Below are positions 1 through 8,556 of a DNA stretch of 37,706 nucleotides, one piece after another. Under the pieces are notes generated by a model that saw nothing but the letters and a program-made list of their open reading frames with translations, was not told the DNA's origin and made no database searches. Position numbers and translations under genes: made by a program. The stretch is from a virus (lineage: Duplodnaviria; Heunggongvirae; Uroviricota; Caudoviricetes). The stretch lies in IMG/VR virus record IMGVR_UViG_3300034170_000024, positions 66,117-103,822 of that record. One strand, 5' to 3'. The first letter of the stretch is position 1. Every line of letters starts with the position of its first letter.

Positions 1-42
1 CGGTGATGTTGTTCGTACTGTTGGACCAATCGAGCGTGTGCA

Positions 43-189
43 ATGAATAGAGAGAAACGTTGGGCTTTCCTATGGTTAGAATATGAACGTATTGGTTGGG
101 TTGAAGAACTTACACTCTTTGGCTTTACATTGTATCGTCGTTCGGGTAGTCTGATCGAACTTCTTGGTATTAGCTGGATACACAAATGA
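43..189 (+). CDS. hypothetical protein (48 aa)
   Basis: Manually translated ORF MNREKRWAF...; ATGA overlaps with both neighbours. Confidence 0.55.
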   Translation: MNREKRWAFLWLEYERIGWVEELTLFGFTLYRRSGSLIELLGISWIHK

Positions 190-479
190 CACTTGACGAA
201 CAGCTAGAAGATAAAGGTATGATCCCCATTGCTGAACGCATGTTGTGTAATGGTCCAATGGATGGTATGATGCGTCATGCTCAGGTCCAAACACTCTCAG
301 ATTTACTCTCATGGGTTGAGATGGCACGTCATGAGAATATGGAGATGGTTGCACGTCATGATCTTGGTATTCATCCAATGAGTGAGGACATTGCAGACTT
401 TATCTATGGTAAGGGTAGTATTCTATGGGAGGTTCATGTTAACCTCCTACATATAATGAAAGGAGAGTTATCCAAATGA
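186..479 (+). CDS. hypothetical protein
   Basis: ORF track; coupled stop/start overlaps. Confidence 0.75.
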   Translation: MTLDEQLEDKGMIPIAERMLCNGPMDGMMRHAQVQTLSDLLSWVEMARHENMEMVARHDLGIHPMSEDIADFIYGKGSILWEVHVNLLHIMKGELSK

Positions 480-655
480 TAGATACAGATCAACGGTTTG
501 AATTAATCCAATTCCTTCGTGATAACATGACAATCGAAATCAGTCGTGACCAAGAATACTACAGCTATCCTTACATCGAGGTTAAGTTGAAAGTATGTGG
601 TCAGCTTATTGACTCAAGTCAATGCACAATCTATGATGGTGAACATAATGGTTAA
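476..655 (+). CDS. hypothetical protein (59 aa)
   Basis: Manually translated MIDTDQRFELIQF...; AGGAG RBS, ATGA overlap. Confidence 0.65.
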   Translation: MIDTDQRFELIQFLRDNMTIEISRDQEYYSYPYIEVKLKVCGQLIDSSQCTIYDGEHNG

Positions 656-932
656 CGATAAAACTTTGAGTATCATTGAAAGTCTGTATCCTGATTTCAG
701 TGAGTATGAGGACAACGCACAATTCTTTCATTGGTTGGATTACGCTTGTGAGCTAGACTTTATTCTAGCATCAGCGTATGATCGTACCAATGAATCACTC
801 ATTGCATATCTGAATAAGCGGATGCTGGAATTACGTTCTAGTTCTGCTCAACATGACGCCTGTGTGGATGTTGCATCTACGCTAGAAGAGTCAGTATCAA
901 CTCACTTCAAAGGGAAGTTTAAGTATGAATGA
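648..932 (+). CDS. hypothetical protein
   Basis: ORF track 597..932; likely start MVNDKT at 648. Confidence 0.7.
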   Translation: MVNDKTLSIIESLYPDFSEYEDNAQFFHWLDYACELDFILASAYDRTNESLIAYLNKRMLELRSSSAQHDACVDVASTLEESVSTHFKGKFKYE

Positions 933-1149
933 TCCAATTGTTAGTGTAGAATTCCTAGAGACAAATGGGTTTACACTAACTCAATATCCAGATGGATTAT
1001 TCTGGGTGCGAAGGGCACATGAGGAGTTGTTATTGCAACTCAATGAAAGTCGTACACGAGCAACATTGTACGATAATGGATGGGTTGAAGACTACTTGAC
1101 AGTAGAAGAAGTTCAAAGTACAATTAATCAATTCAACGACAAATACTAA
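925..1149 (+). CDS. hypothetical protein
   Basis: ORF track; overlaps upstream stop. Confidence 0.7.
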   Translation: MNDPIVSVEFLETNGFTLTQYPDGLFWVRRAHEELLLQLNESRTRATLYDNGWVEDYLTVEEVQSTINQFNDKY

Positions 1150-1165
1150 GTAATAAGGAATCAAA

Positions 1166-1315
1166 ATGAATCAAGTAGTACGTTTCGAAAACACCAAACG
1201 CAAAATGAACTGGAAACAACAAGAGGAACTGCGTTTAGGTAAGAAGCGTGATCAAGATCGCCGTAGTGCTCGTATCGTTGGTCGTGAAGTTAAAGCAATT
1301 GGAGAAGAAGAATGA
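1166..1315 (+). CDS. small basic hypothetical protein (49 aa)
   Basis: Manually translated MNQVVRFENTKRK...; TAAGGA RBS. Confidence 0.7.
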   Translation: MNQVVRFENTKRKMNWKQQEELRLGKKRDQDRRSARIVGREVKAIGEEE

Positions 1316-1548
1316 GTGCTTTTGACGTAAGAGATGGTGCTGAAAATAATATAACTAGTATCATTATTGCAGATGACCATCCAACTGTTGTAATTGCTAC
1401 AAATTTAACACCTAGTGAGAGTCGTGAAGGTGTTGTTCTTATCAACGACGTAAGTGATGACTACGTGATGATTAACTCTGAAGAACATGCTAATAATTTG
1501 ATCAAGGCACTTAACAAAGCAATTGAACTGAAGTGGTTTGATAAGTAA
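1312..1548 (+). CDS. hypothetical protein
   Basis: ORF track; ATGA overlap; followed by terminator. Confidence 0.75.
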   Translation: MSAFDVRDGAENNITSIIIADDHPTVVIATNLTPSESREGVVLINDVSDDYVMINSEEHANNLIKALNKAIELKWFDK

Positions 1549-1563
1549 TAGTAAGAACTGAAT

Positions 1564-1591
1564 AACCCCACCAATGAGTGGGGTTTCTTTT
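1564..1591 (+). terminator. intrinsic terminator
   Basis: AACCCCAC-caatga-GTGGGGTT followed by tctttt. Confidence 0.85.
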
Positions 1592-2188
1592 GTCTTTAGT
1601 TTGATAATACAGCGAGATATGTCTGCTATATCTAAATAGGAATTGAAGTTTGGAATTTCATGGGATATTGGTGGTTCTGTTTTAATCCAAAAAATCCCCT
1701 ACACCCCCTTTTTCAATATTGGGAAAGTAGTTTTCGATTTAGGGAAATCCAGAAATTCACTCACCAGAATTTTGAATTGTACTGCGAGGTGGAATGAAAA
1801 TCATTCACATTTGATAATTAGAATGCGACGAGTTCTCATTTCATATAGAGAAAGGTTCTTATTCTCAAATACCCTTTTCTAAAGAAATGAGAAAATAGCG
1901 GGTACTCTTACGCCCTCGGTTCCCCGACGACATTTTTGAATAGTACAGATAAGTTTAGCACAAGTCAACAATTATTTTCTGATTTGATAATCATTCGTAT
2001 TTGCAGAATGACGCCCACCCTCCCCACCTTGTAGTCCAGTATCCACGCTATGCGTTTCGTTCCTGCTATGTATGATTTTACCAGAACTGAAAAAGAATAC
2101 AAGCAGTTGACGAAAATATTTATTTATGTTATTCGCACGCGCCCCCCGGTTCATTAATAAACAGGCTGAAAAGAATTCGAAATAGGTG

Positions 2189-2216
2189 TTGACTGGTTCT
2201 CTAAATACTGTAGACT
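2189..2216 (+). promoter_or_regulatory. sigma70-type early promoter
   Basis: TTGACT-N16-TAGACT, A-rich upstream, TCTAAA in spacer. Confidence 0.75.
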
Positions 2217-2249
2217 TCACCTTATCGAAACGAAACAAAGGTTCTCTAA

Positions 2250-2456
2250 ATGAAACGTCCAGAAGGCAAGCCAACGGAAATTCGCTTTTGCACTTACGCA
2301 AACGCGACCGGTCCTAAAATGGAAGTGTTGCACGCGTACAAGATTCCAGTTAGTAATATGTCGAAAGAGGACTGCATTAAGTTCCGGGATGAGTTGTACA
2401 AAAATCCCCATTGTGGTACTTGCACAATCTATCTTGACAACGGCTGCCATATCTGA
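2250..2456 (+). CDS. early hypothetical protein
   Basis: ORF track; directly downstream of promoter. Confidence 0.65.
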   Translation: MKRPEGKPTEIRFCTYANATGPKMEVLHAYKIPVSNMSKEDCIKFRDELYKNPHCGTCTIYLDNGCHI

Positions 2457-2464
2457 GGTGTAAC

Positions 2465-2698
2465 ATGCGCTCTATTAAAACCCTTGCTCGCGAAGCTTAT
2501 AAGAACCGTTACGCTTTCGGGCATGTTACAATTGACAAAGACGGGACAATGTTGGGTCACTGGCATGATACTCGCCAGAAACTAAACCCTGTTGAATTGG
2601 GTAACATTGCAGACTGTTGCACACGGGTTAACGAACGTAAAACCGGTATCCTGTTTTATAACCGTGACTTTATTGTGTATACGTTCGCAATGGAATAG
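2465..2698 (+). CDS. early hypothetical protein
   Basis: ORF track; GAGGTG RBS. Confidence 0.75.
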   Translation: MRSIKTLAREAYKNRYAFGHVTIDKDGTMLGHWHDTRQKLNPVELGNIADCCTRVNERKTGILFYNRDFIVYTFAME

Positions 2699-2709
2699 AA
2701 AATAAAAGC

Positions 2710-2737
2710 TTGACGCCTTTTCTAAAGACTGTAGAAT
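2710..2737 (+). promoter_or_regulatory. sigma70-type early promoter
   Basis: TTGACG-N16-TAGAAT, TCTAAAG in spacer. Confidence 0.8.
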
Positions 2738-2770
2738 AGGCGTCACAAACAACGAAAGAGAGTTATCACC

Positions 2771-2920
2771 ATGTCCCTAGACCGTTTTGTAGAACTGTAC
2801 CTCGACTATCGCAACAACTTCTTGACCGTGCAAGCCTTTGCCGCTCATTACGGGTTGTCGATTCTTGACGTAAACAAGATTGTTGAATGTGGTCGCACTA
2901 TTAGCAGTATTGAGGAATAA
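2771..2920 (+). CDS. early hypothetical protein (49 aa)
   Basis: Manually translated MSLDRFVELYLDYRNNFLTVQAFAAHYG...; GAGAG RBS. Confidence 0.75.
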   Translation: MSLDRFVELYLDYRNNFLTVQAFAAHYGLSILDVNKIVECGRTISSIEE

Positions 2921-2924
2921 GAAC

Positions 2925-3239
2925 ATGAAAGCTTCCGAACTGTTGACATTGGCACTCGCTCAATATGAAAATCAAAAGTTTGCGTATATGTGTCATGAAA
3001 TTGAACAAATCGCCCACGTCCACGGCTGCGCAATGGACGCTGATCAATTCTTAAGCGATAAGATACACGCTATTATGGCACCACACGGAACAATTGTTAT
3101 ACATAATGTACTGCGCAACACTAGCAAGAAATATGCAGGTTATGTGAACCGTTACGGTCACAACTGTAAGGCTTGTTTGAAAATGCGTGTTGCTTTCTGG
3201 CAAGATATGATTGCAGAATTAAAAACAGAAGGTTTGTAA
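2925..3239 (+). CDS. early hypothetical protein
   Basis: ORF track 2880..3239; likely start MKASEL after GAGGA. Confidence 0.75.
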   Translation: MKASELLTLALAQYENQKFAYMCHEIEQIAHVHGCAMDADQFLSDKIHAIMAPHGTIVIHNVLRNTSKKYAGYVNRYGHNCKACLKMRVAFWQDMIAELKTEGL

Positions 3240-3262
3240 ACGAGATTTTTGATTGTAGACAC

Positions 3263-3292
3263 TTGACTAACCTTAAGTGTCTATGACAAAAT
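3263..3292 (+). promoter_or_regulatory. sigma70-type promoter, extended -10, within an inverted repeat
   Basis: TTGACT-N18-CAAAAT preceded by TGa; TAGACACTT/AAGTGTCTA inverted repeat. Confidence 0.55.
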
Positions 3293-3328
3293 GCCTCAAA
3301 TAAACCACTTGATATAAAGAGTATTGAA

Positions 3329-3721
3329 ATGCAACTGATTCATGGTATGACACCGATTGAATATGACACCGTTGTCGCTGGTAAGTACACCACAAAAGTA
3401 CAGAACGCGGCTAAACGTGGAATTCATTTTAATATTTCATTGTCTATGTACCGTACTCTTTTCATGCGTAAGAAATGCGCATATACTGGTATCCCTTTGA
3501 CTTTGCGTCGGGATGATAACAACAACCTTCCTAAAAACTATGCGACACTTGAACGCATCGATAGTAAGAAAGGTTATGTTGCGGGTAATGTGGTTGTTAT
3601 CAGTCACGAAGCTAACAGCGTTAAAGCTGTATTTGAAAATCCTGCAAGTGGTAGCATGGATGTATCGGCGGCAATCCGCATGTTTGCTAACATTGAAAGA
3701 TTGCAAAAGGGTATGAAATAA
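3329..3721 (+). CDS. His-Me finger (HNH-like) endonuclease-like protein
   Basis: CAYTG...TLERIDSKKGYVAGNVVVISHEANSVK resembles the RIDxxKGYxxGNV..AN..K His-Me nuclease pattern. Confidence 0.6.
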   Translation: MQLIHGMTPIEYDTVVAGKYTTKVQNAAKRGIHFNISLSMYRTLFMRKKCAYTGIPLTLRRDDNNNLPKNYATLERIDSKKGYVAGNVVVISHEANSVKAVFENPASGSMDVSAAIRMFANIERLQKGMK

Positions 3722-3725
3722 ACAG

Positions 3726-3753
3726 TTGACACCCTGATTCAAAGCTGTAGAAT
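3726..3753 (+). promoter_or_regulatory. sigma70-type early promoter
   Basis: TTGACA-N16-TAGAAT. Confidence 0.8.
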
Positions 3754-3794
3754 AGACCATGTAAAGACAAACAACTGACTAAGGATTCACGGTA

Positions 3795-3923
3795 ATGACT
3801 TTGTTCTTCAAATCCCGCACACTGGCACGCGCTTTCACTTCCAAAAATGGTAAGGTTGTAGACATGGGCGCAGACGCTCCAGCCGGTCGCCGTTGGGCTT
3901 TCCGTTTGAACGGGAAGGTGTAA
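3795..3923 (+). CDS. early hypothetical protein (42 aa)
   Basis: Manually translated MTLFFKSRTLARAF...GRRWAFRLNGKV; TAAGGA RBS. Confidence 0.7.
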   Translation: MTLFFKSRTLARAFTSKNGKVVDMGADAPAGRRWAFRLNGKV

Positions 3924-3925
3924 CA

Positions 3926-4282
3926 ATGGCTATCAAAAGTGTTTCGGTAAAGACAAAACCTTTTACTTTTCAGCCGGGTGACATTGTTTATACTTGCGAG
4001 TTTTTCAGTTCTCAGACTTTAAAAGTTCTCGCACCATTGGAAGTAAATAATGGTATTGAGAAAGTAAAGGTTTTGATTCTTGATAGTAGTTATGCCTATT
4101 CTATCGGGCGTGAAGACTACATTTTCCCCGGTGATTTGGGTGTTCCGGGCTTTGTATACGATGACCGTAAATGCAGTTTGTTCCGTAGTAAGAAAGCAGC
4201 GGACGCCCACGCGGGTGTATACTCTAAATGGTTGGATGAAAATCCACCAGTTGACTATGGTCATTATTGGGATTGGGACTAA
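3926..4282 (+). CDS. early hypothetical protein
   Basis: ORF track 3893..4282; likely start MAIKSV. Confidence 0.75.
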   Translation: MAIKSVSVKTKPFTFQPGDIVYTCEFFSSQTLKVLAPLEVNNGIEKVKVLILDSSYAYSIGREDYIFPGDLGVPGFVYDDRKCSLFRSKKAADAHAGVYSKWLDENPPVDYGHYWDWD

Positions 4283-4284
4283 TT

Positions 4285-4668
4285 ATGTGGGACTTCAAAC
4301 AAGCTGAAAGTGTTTATAAAACTTCTGAGGAAATGTTCTCACAAGCATTAATTTTAGAAGTTGAACGACTTGCACGGGGTGCAATAAACTCGCACCCATG
4401 GGCGAAAAGCTTTTGCATGGCTATGGGGTCCGCATCTTTCGGTTGTGAGTGGGTAGACGACACTGACCCCGAAGATATTTGGGAACATGACGAAAACCTT
4501 GACATTTACGAATTGATGTATGAACAAGGTAGTCCGACAAACTCTTTCGTTATTGACCTTAATGACTTGTTGCAAAAGTACAATGATACGTTTAAAATTA
4601 CAGGTTATCCAATGCGAATCATTCGTGATAACGTAACTAGTGAACTTGTAACCTTGACAGATTGGTGA
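4285..4668 (+). CDS. early hypothetical protein
   Basis: ORF track 4267..4668; likely start MWDFKQ. Confidence 0.75.
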   Translation: MWDFKQAESVYKTSEEMFSQALILEVERLARGAINSHPWAKSFCMAMGSASFGCEWVDDTDPEDIWEHDENLDIYELMYEQGSPTNSFVIDLNDLLQKYNDTFKITGYPMRIIRDNVTSELVTLTDW

Positions 4669-4673
4669 TAGAG

Positions 4674-4697
4674 AGCCCCGCATTGTCGGGGCTTTTC
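4674..4697 (+). terminator. intrinsic terminator
   Basis: AGCCCCG-cattgt-CGGGGCT-ttt. Confidence 0.8.
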
Positions 4698-4745
4698 ATG
4701 CTTGAAAGAAAGATAAAAGAATTTGAAAATAGGTGTTTAAATGTG

Positions 4746-4773
4746 TTGACTAGTTTTCTAAAGGTTGTAGAAT
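4746..4773 (+). promoter_or_regulatory. sigma70-type early promoter
   Basis: TTGACT-N16-TAGAAT, TCTAAAG in spacer. Confidence 0.8.
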
Positions 4774-4822
4774 GGGCGTCAAGAAAGGGGAAAACCTCTT
4801 TCACCACTAAAGAGAAAAGATC

Positions 4823-5116
4823 ATGGCTCGTAAAATCACTACTCAAGCTTGCAATGCATTCATGTCGGCTAAAGGTTTTACCCTTGACAATACAACCGTT
4901 AGTGTTTTTGATGGGAAAATTGTATTGAGCTTACATGGTCACACAATCGCACGCCGTGAAGTTGGTTCAAATGAAATTCAGATTACAAATGCTGGATGGT
5001 TCTCAAACACCACTAAAGAACGTTTGAATGGTCTTCCGGGCGTTTCGGTTGTGCAACGTAAAGGTGTATGGTTCCTGAATGGTAAAGAATGGAACGGTGA
5101 GTGGGTAACAGTTTAA
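4823..5116 (+). CDS. early hypothetical protein
   Basis: ORF track; downstream of promoter. Confidence 0.8.
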   Translation: MARKITTQACNAFMSAKGFTLDNTTVSVFDGKIVLSLHGHTIARREVGSNEIQITNAGWFSNTTKERLNGLPGVSVVQRKGVWFLNGKEWNGEWVTV

Positions 5117-5238
5117 TGAAAACACTATTTGAAGTTTGGAAAGGTAAAGCCATTTATCATGATAGTATAAGTGGACTGTTTGAGTCTCAATCCGGCTATC
5201 AATCATATGTATTAAGCCATTGTAGAAATAGAGGTTGA
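5116..5238 (+). CDS. early hypothetical protein (40 aa)
   Basis: Manually translated MKTLFEVWKGKAIY...; TAATG overlap. Confidence 0.5.
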   Translation: MKTLFEVWKGKAIYHDSISGLFESQSGYQSYVLSHCRNRG

Positions 5239-5262
5239 CAGGTTCTCTAAACCTGATAGAAT
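5235..5262 (+). promoter_or_regulatory. sigma70-type early promoter
   Basis: TTGACA-N16-TAGAAT, TCTAAA in spacer. Confidence 0.8.
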
Positions 5263-5296
5263 AACCCATATCAAGACAACAAACGGAATCAAGATT

Positions 5297-5497
5297 ATGA
5301 AAACCATTCTTCACAACCGAATCAGCGAAACAAGCTACAACGTGGAACTGGCAATCGAAACTGACGCATATGTGGTTACCTATGGTAAGCAGCGCGAAGT
5401 TTACGAAAATACACCCCAAGGTTTGATGCGTGCACTTCAAGAATATATTGAGTGCGTGTACCATGCTGAAACGTGCGAAGGTTTGCACGACGATTAA
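5297..5497 (+). CDS. early hypothetical protein
   Basis: ORF track. Confidence 0.75.
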   Translation: MKTILHNRISETSYNVELAIETDAYVVTYGKQREVYENTPQGLMRALQEYIECVYHAETCEGLHDD

Positions 5498-5517
5498 AGA
5501 TTATTGATTACATACTG

Positions 5518-5546
5518 TTGACAAGATTAGCAGTATGTGACAAGAT
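5518..5546 (+). promoter_or_regulatory. sigma70-type promoter, extended -10, within an inverted repeat
   Basis: TTGACA-N17-CAAGAT preceded by TGa; ACATACTG/CAGTATGT inverted repeat. Confidence 0.6.
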
Positions 5547-5593
5547 ACCTTAAATCAAGCGACATAACTTACTTCTCTAAAGGATACAAAATC

Positions 5594-5920
5594 ATGAAAG
5601 CAGCTCAATACTGGAACATCGACAACGTTAAATCCTTTCGTGGTATCGATGTTGTAGACGGTGAAATTTCAATGACTAACAGTGAGTATATTGAATTACT
5701 TGATGAGATTTATGGTGACGTGCAAGTGTGCGGGATGACTTTCAGTTCCGGTAGTTTGTTAGAAGATGCAGATCCTACTGCTTTCCGTTGCGGTAAAGGC
5801 GACCATGAAAGTCAAATTCAGTCGGAACTGGAAGATCAGTTGGAAAATGAGGACGATAGCGATATTGAATTTATTGACGATGAGCTAACAGACGATGAGG
5901 AAGAAGAGGAAGACGAATAA
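5594..5920 (+). CDS. highly acidic early protein, candidate DNA mimic / anti-restriction protein
   Basis: Likely start MKAAQY after AAGGA; 35 D/E versus 5 K/R in 108 aa; poly-acidic tail. Confidence 0.6.
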   Translation: MKAAQYWNIDNVKSFRGIDVVDGEISMTNSEYIELLDEIYGDVQVCGMTFSSGSLLEDADPTAFRCGKGDHESQIQSELEDQLENEDDSDIEFIDDELTDDEEEEEDE

Positions 5921-5923
5921 CAT

Positions 5924-6286
5924 TTGATTTATAGAAGCGCTCTAGAATGGGCGCTTTTAGTAAACCAGATGAGGTGTAAAGAATTGAAGATTAACGATGT
6001 AACCCCATTTGTAAGGCAGTGTATTGCCTTGTGGCTGGCAAGTAACAGACAAGCGACCTTCTCTGTTAGTGAGGTTTGCAAATCGCTACAGGATCAACAC
6101 AAGAGCTTACAAGACCTAGATTTAACAAAGTCTGTCAGCAATGAACTGATTCGGTTAGAAACTATCGGTTTACTTTCAAGTCGTAAAGGCTTCAAAGGTG
6201 AAAGTCCAAATGAAACAGGAAGACCGCCACGCGTATACAAACGTGTGTATTGTGAACAGTCTTTAAAAGTATTGAGAAGCGTATGA
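5924..6286 (+). CDS. winged helix-turn-helix DNA-binding protein
   Basis: FSVSEVCKSL...SVSNELIRLETIGLL...GRPPRVY matches the wHTH recognition helix plus wing pattern. Confidence 0.6.
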   Translation: MIYRSALEWALLVNQMRCKELKINDVTPFVRQCIALWLASNRQATFSVSEVCKSLQDQHKSLQDLDLTKSVSNELIRLETIGLLSSRKGFKGESPNETGRPPRVYKRVYCEQSLKVLRSV

Positions 6287-6447
6287 CAATCGATTATAAA
6301 ATGTGTCGCCTTAATCGGGCAGACGGAAAGGTTAAAGTTTACGTTTATTCAAATGGTGAATGGTTCCGAATCTTTAAAGATTACGAAATCTGCAAGGTTG
6401 ACAATGCAAAGCTTTTGATCGATCACCATTTGAATAAAAACGCTTGA
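6283..6447 (+). CDS. early hypothetical protein (54 aa)
   Basis: Manually translated MTIDYKMCRLNRADG...; ATGA overlap. Confidence 0.6.
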   Translation: MTIDYKMCRLNRADGKVKVYVYSNGEWFRIFKDYEICKVDNAKLLIDHHLNKNA

Positions 6448-6471
6448 CAGACACAAACACTGTGCTAAGAT
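6444..6471 (+). promoter_or_regulatory. sigma70-type promoter
   Basis: TTGACA-N16-TAAGAT with TGc extended -10. Confidence 0.7.
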
Positions 6472-6537
6472 TCACCATGTAGACAGCAGGATGTTCGCAG
6501 TAGCTGCCACTGATTCCTAATCGATGAGGCTTGCAAA

Positions 6538-6762
6538 ATGAACGGACGTGAATACAAGAAACACTGCTTAGCTTTGCGTAACCATGCTTTACTGATGTCG
6601 GTCGAAGGTTTGCAGGAAAGTATCCGGGAAGACTGGAACAACCCTAAATGGCCTTCTATCTTGTTTGACGCAATGAATGACGCACTTGAGAAGAAAATGG
6701 GCAAGCATGCCTATTCTCAGTGGTTTAATTCCCTTGCTGAAAAAGTCGAAGGTGAAGTATGA
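6538..6762 (+). CDS. early hypothetical protein
   Basis: ORF track; GAGG RBS. Confidence 0.75.
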   Translation: MNGREYKKHCLALRNHALLMSVEGLQESIREDWNNPKWPSILFDAMNDALEKKMGKHAYSQWFNSLAEKVEGEV

Positions 6763-7007
6763 AAAAGCTATGCACATACACCAGCACACACCACACCTAC
6801 AGCGTCCCATATGACCGTGTGGCACGCATCTATGAAAGTGAGGAGCCAGTGTTCAAGGGTTGCCACTTCGAAGTATCTACGCACTCAGGTGGCGTCGGGG
6901 TGGATTGGGAATTTAAACCATTCAAGACCTTGCAAGATGCACAGATTTATGCATTACAGTTTGTTGCACCCTCCCATATCCTTTGTAAATTTAAGCCTGA
7001 ATTGTGA
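6759..7007 (+). CDS. early hypothetical protein
   Basis: ORF track; ATGA overlap. Confidence 0.7.
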   Translation: MKKLCTYTSTHHTYSVPYDRVARIYESEEPVFKGCHFEVSTHSGGVGVDWEFKPFKTLQDAQIYALQFVAPSHILCKFKPEL

Positions 7008-7016
7008 AAATAGGTG

Positions 7017-7043
7017 TTGACGCGGGGTAAAGGTCGTGAGACT
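7017..7043 (+). promoter_or_regulatory. possible sigma70-type promoter
   Basis: AAAATAGGTG-TTGACG as in other early promoters; -10 poorly matched (GAGACT). Confidence 0.45.
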
Positions 7044-7086
7044 ATAGCCCCGTCGAAACAAACAAAGTTATCTAAAGAGGTGTAAA

Positions 7087-7422
7087 ATGTCAAATCACGT
7101 AAAACACTGGGAACATGAATCAGCAGAAGCCGGTTTAGAGTGGTTGTTTGATAATTCTACATCTTGGTTACATGCTGATCATATTCATATTTGGACTGGA
7201 AGCTTTGCAACTTTGGATGGCGGTAACCTTACGGGCGGTTATGGTTGGGTTAGTCGTAAGATGTTAGAAGGTCGTGTTTATAGTGTTAGCTGGTCAAATG
7301 ATTCCGTAGCTATTTGCTTTCATGACCAAGTATTTATTGACAGGATACAAAATCGGTCGTATCCTGATGAAACTCGCTGTATTAAAGCACGACTACCATT
7401 TATTGCAACTGAGGTTATTTAA
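7087..7422 (+). CDS. early hypothetical protein
   Basis: ORF track; GAGGTG RBS. Confidence 0.75.
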   Translation: MSNHVKHWEHESAEAGLEWLFDNSTSWLHADHIHIWTGSFATLDGGNLTGGYGWVSRKMLEGRVYSVSWSNDSVAICFHDQVFIDRIQNRSYPDETRCIKARLPFIATEVI

Positions 7423-7674
7423 ATGTCTATCTTCGCAACTATCGCTGTAGTTTGCACAATGGCAACCTGTAATGACTATGTGATCGATACGGCACCGACC
7501 ATGCAAGATGCAAACCGTAATACTGATATGCATGATGATCGTTTTCTAGCCTTGTGGGGCGATGAAAAGATGTTGACAGATTGGTTGACAGAATTTAAAA
7601 TCGGTGAAACTGTTTTCGAAATCGTTTCCCTTGAAATGGAAACAAAAGAGATTGAAGAGGAATTGATTCCATGA
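7423..7674 (+). CDS. early hypothetical protein, hydrophobic N-terminus
   Basis: ORF track; GAGG RBS. Confidence 0.75.
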   Translation: MSIFATIAVVCTMATCNDYVIDTAPTMQDANRNTDMHDDRFLALWGDEKMLTDWLTEFKIGETVFEIVSLEMETKEIEEELIP

Positions 7675-7862
7675 TGCCATGGGAAACGTTTATACAAGTG
7701 ATAATCTTTATCATTATATTCTTTACCTTTGCTGTTTCCTTCCTAATGTACCTTGATGGGTATTGGTCACCGGTAAGGGTTGACAAACGGCGTTTAAATG
7801 CTAATACCTTTTCAGCTATCGATAGACGAATGGAACTGAAAAGAAATCAAAATAAGTATTGA
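7671..7862 (+). CDS. small membrane protein
   Basis: One strongly hydrophobic segment; ATGA overlap. Confidence 0.65.
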   Translation: MMPWETFIQVIIFIIIFFTFAVSFLMYLDGYWSPVRVDKRRLNANTFSAIDRRMELKRNQNKY

Positions 7863-7886
7863 CCTGTTATCTAAAGAGTGTAGAAT
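7859..7886 (+). promoter_or_regulatory. sigma70-type early promoter
   Basis: TTGACC-N16-TAGAAT, TCTAAAG in spacer. Confidence 0.8.
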
Positions 7887-7936
7887 GGGCGTCAAGAAGG
7901 AGAGAAAAGGTTCTCTCCTAAAGATAAGGTGACAAA

Positions 7937-8032
7937 ATGAACTACTTGCTCGCTTTGCCCGGTGGTGTAGCTATCACCTACATGGTTCTTTCTATGATTC
8001 ATTACGGTTCAATCTTGACTGTAGGTATGTAA
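7937..8032 (+). CDS. 31-aa hydrophobic peptide
   Basis: Manually translated MNYLLALPGGVAITYMVLSMIHYGSILTVGM; TAAGGTG RBS right after promoter. Confidence 0.65.
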   Translation: MNYLLALPGGVAITYMVLSMIHYGSILTVGM

Positions 8033-8033
8033 A

Positions 8034-8285
8034 ATGATTACCATAACAAGCTTGACACACCCAACAATGATTGCTAAGATTCGACTGGCAATGAAATTAA
8101 GTTTTCTAGGTCAGGGTGAAAAGATGAATGGTCACGGCAACCGCTGTTACATTCAAGACCGTAAAGGTCGCAACATTATGCGCTTGCAATACACCGATAA
8201 CAAGTTTACAATATACGGCGATGAGTCGAAAGATATAACCAAACTTGTTTCAGATGCACTAATTAAAGCTCAGAAGAGTAACTAA
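8034..8285 (+). CDS. early hypothetical protein
   Basis: ORF track; start uncertain. Confidence 0.65.
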   Translation: MITITSLTHPTMIAKIRLAMKLSFLGQGEKMNGHGNRCYIQDRKGRNIMRLQYTDNKFTIYGDESKDITKLVSDALIKAQKSN

Positions 8286-8287
8286 CA

Positions 8288-8482
8288 ATGAAAAAACATA
8301 ACTTTCTTAATGTGTTCAATATCTCGAAAGCCTTGCATCTTCTGGAAAATGGTTTAGATTATGCTGACATGATCGATGATCTTGTAATGGTTGTTGCCCC
8401 TGATAATACAGTATGGGTATGTAAGGACGACGGCGTTAGTTGTGGGTTTAACTCTTTAAAGTTGGTTCAACGTATTGTTTAA
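8288..8482 (+). CDS. early hypothetical protein
   Basis: ORF track. Confidence 0.65.
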   Translation: MKKHNFLNVFNISKALHLLENGLDYADMIDDLVMVVAPDNTVWVCKDDGVSCGFNSLKLVQRIV

Positions 8483-8556
8483 TTATTAACAGAAAGTTCT
8501 AACAAGTAAAAAGAACTTTCGATTAATAATTAACGTAATAACTAATAGGAGTTCTA

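Noticed and set aside
1643-2301. ORFs 1643..1882 (+) and 1972..2301 (-)
   Set aside because: No RBS, atypical composition, and they sit in a repeat-rich putative terminal non-coding tract.
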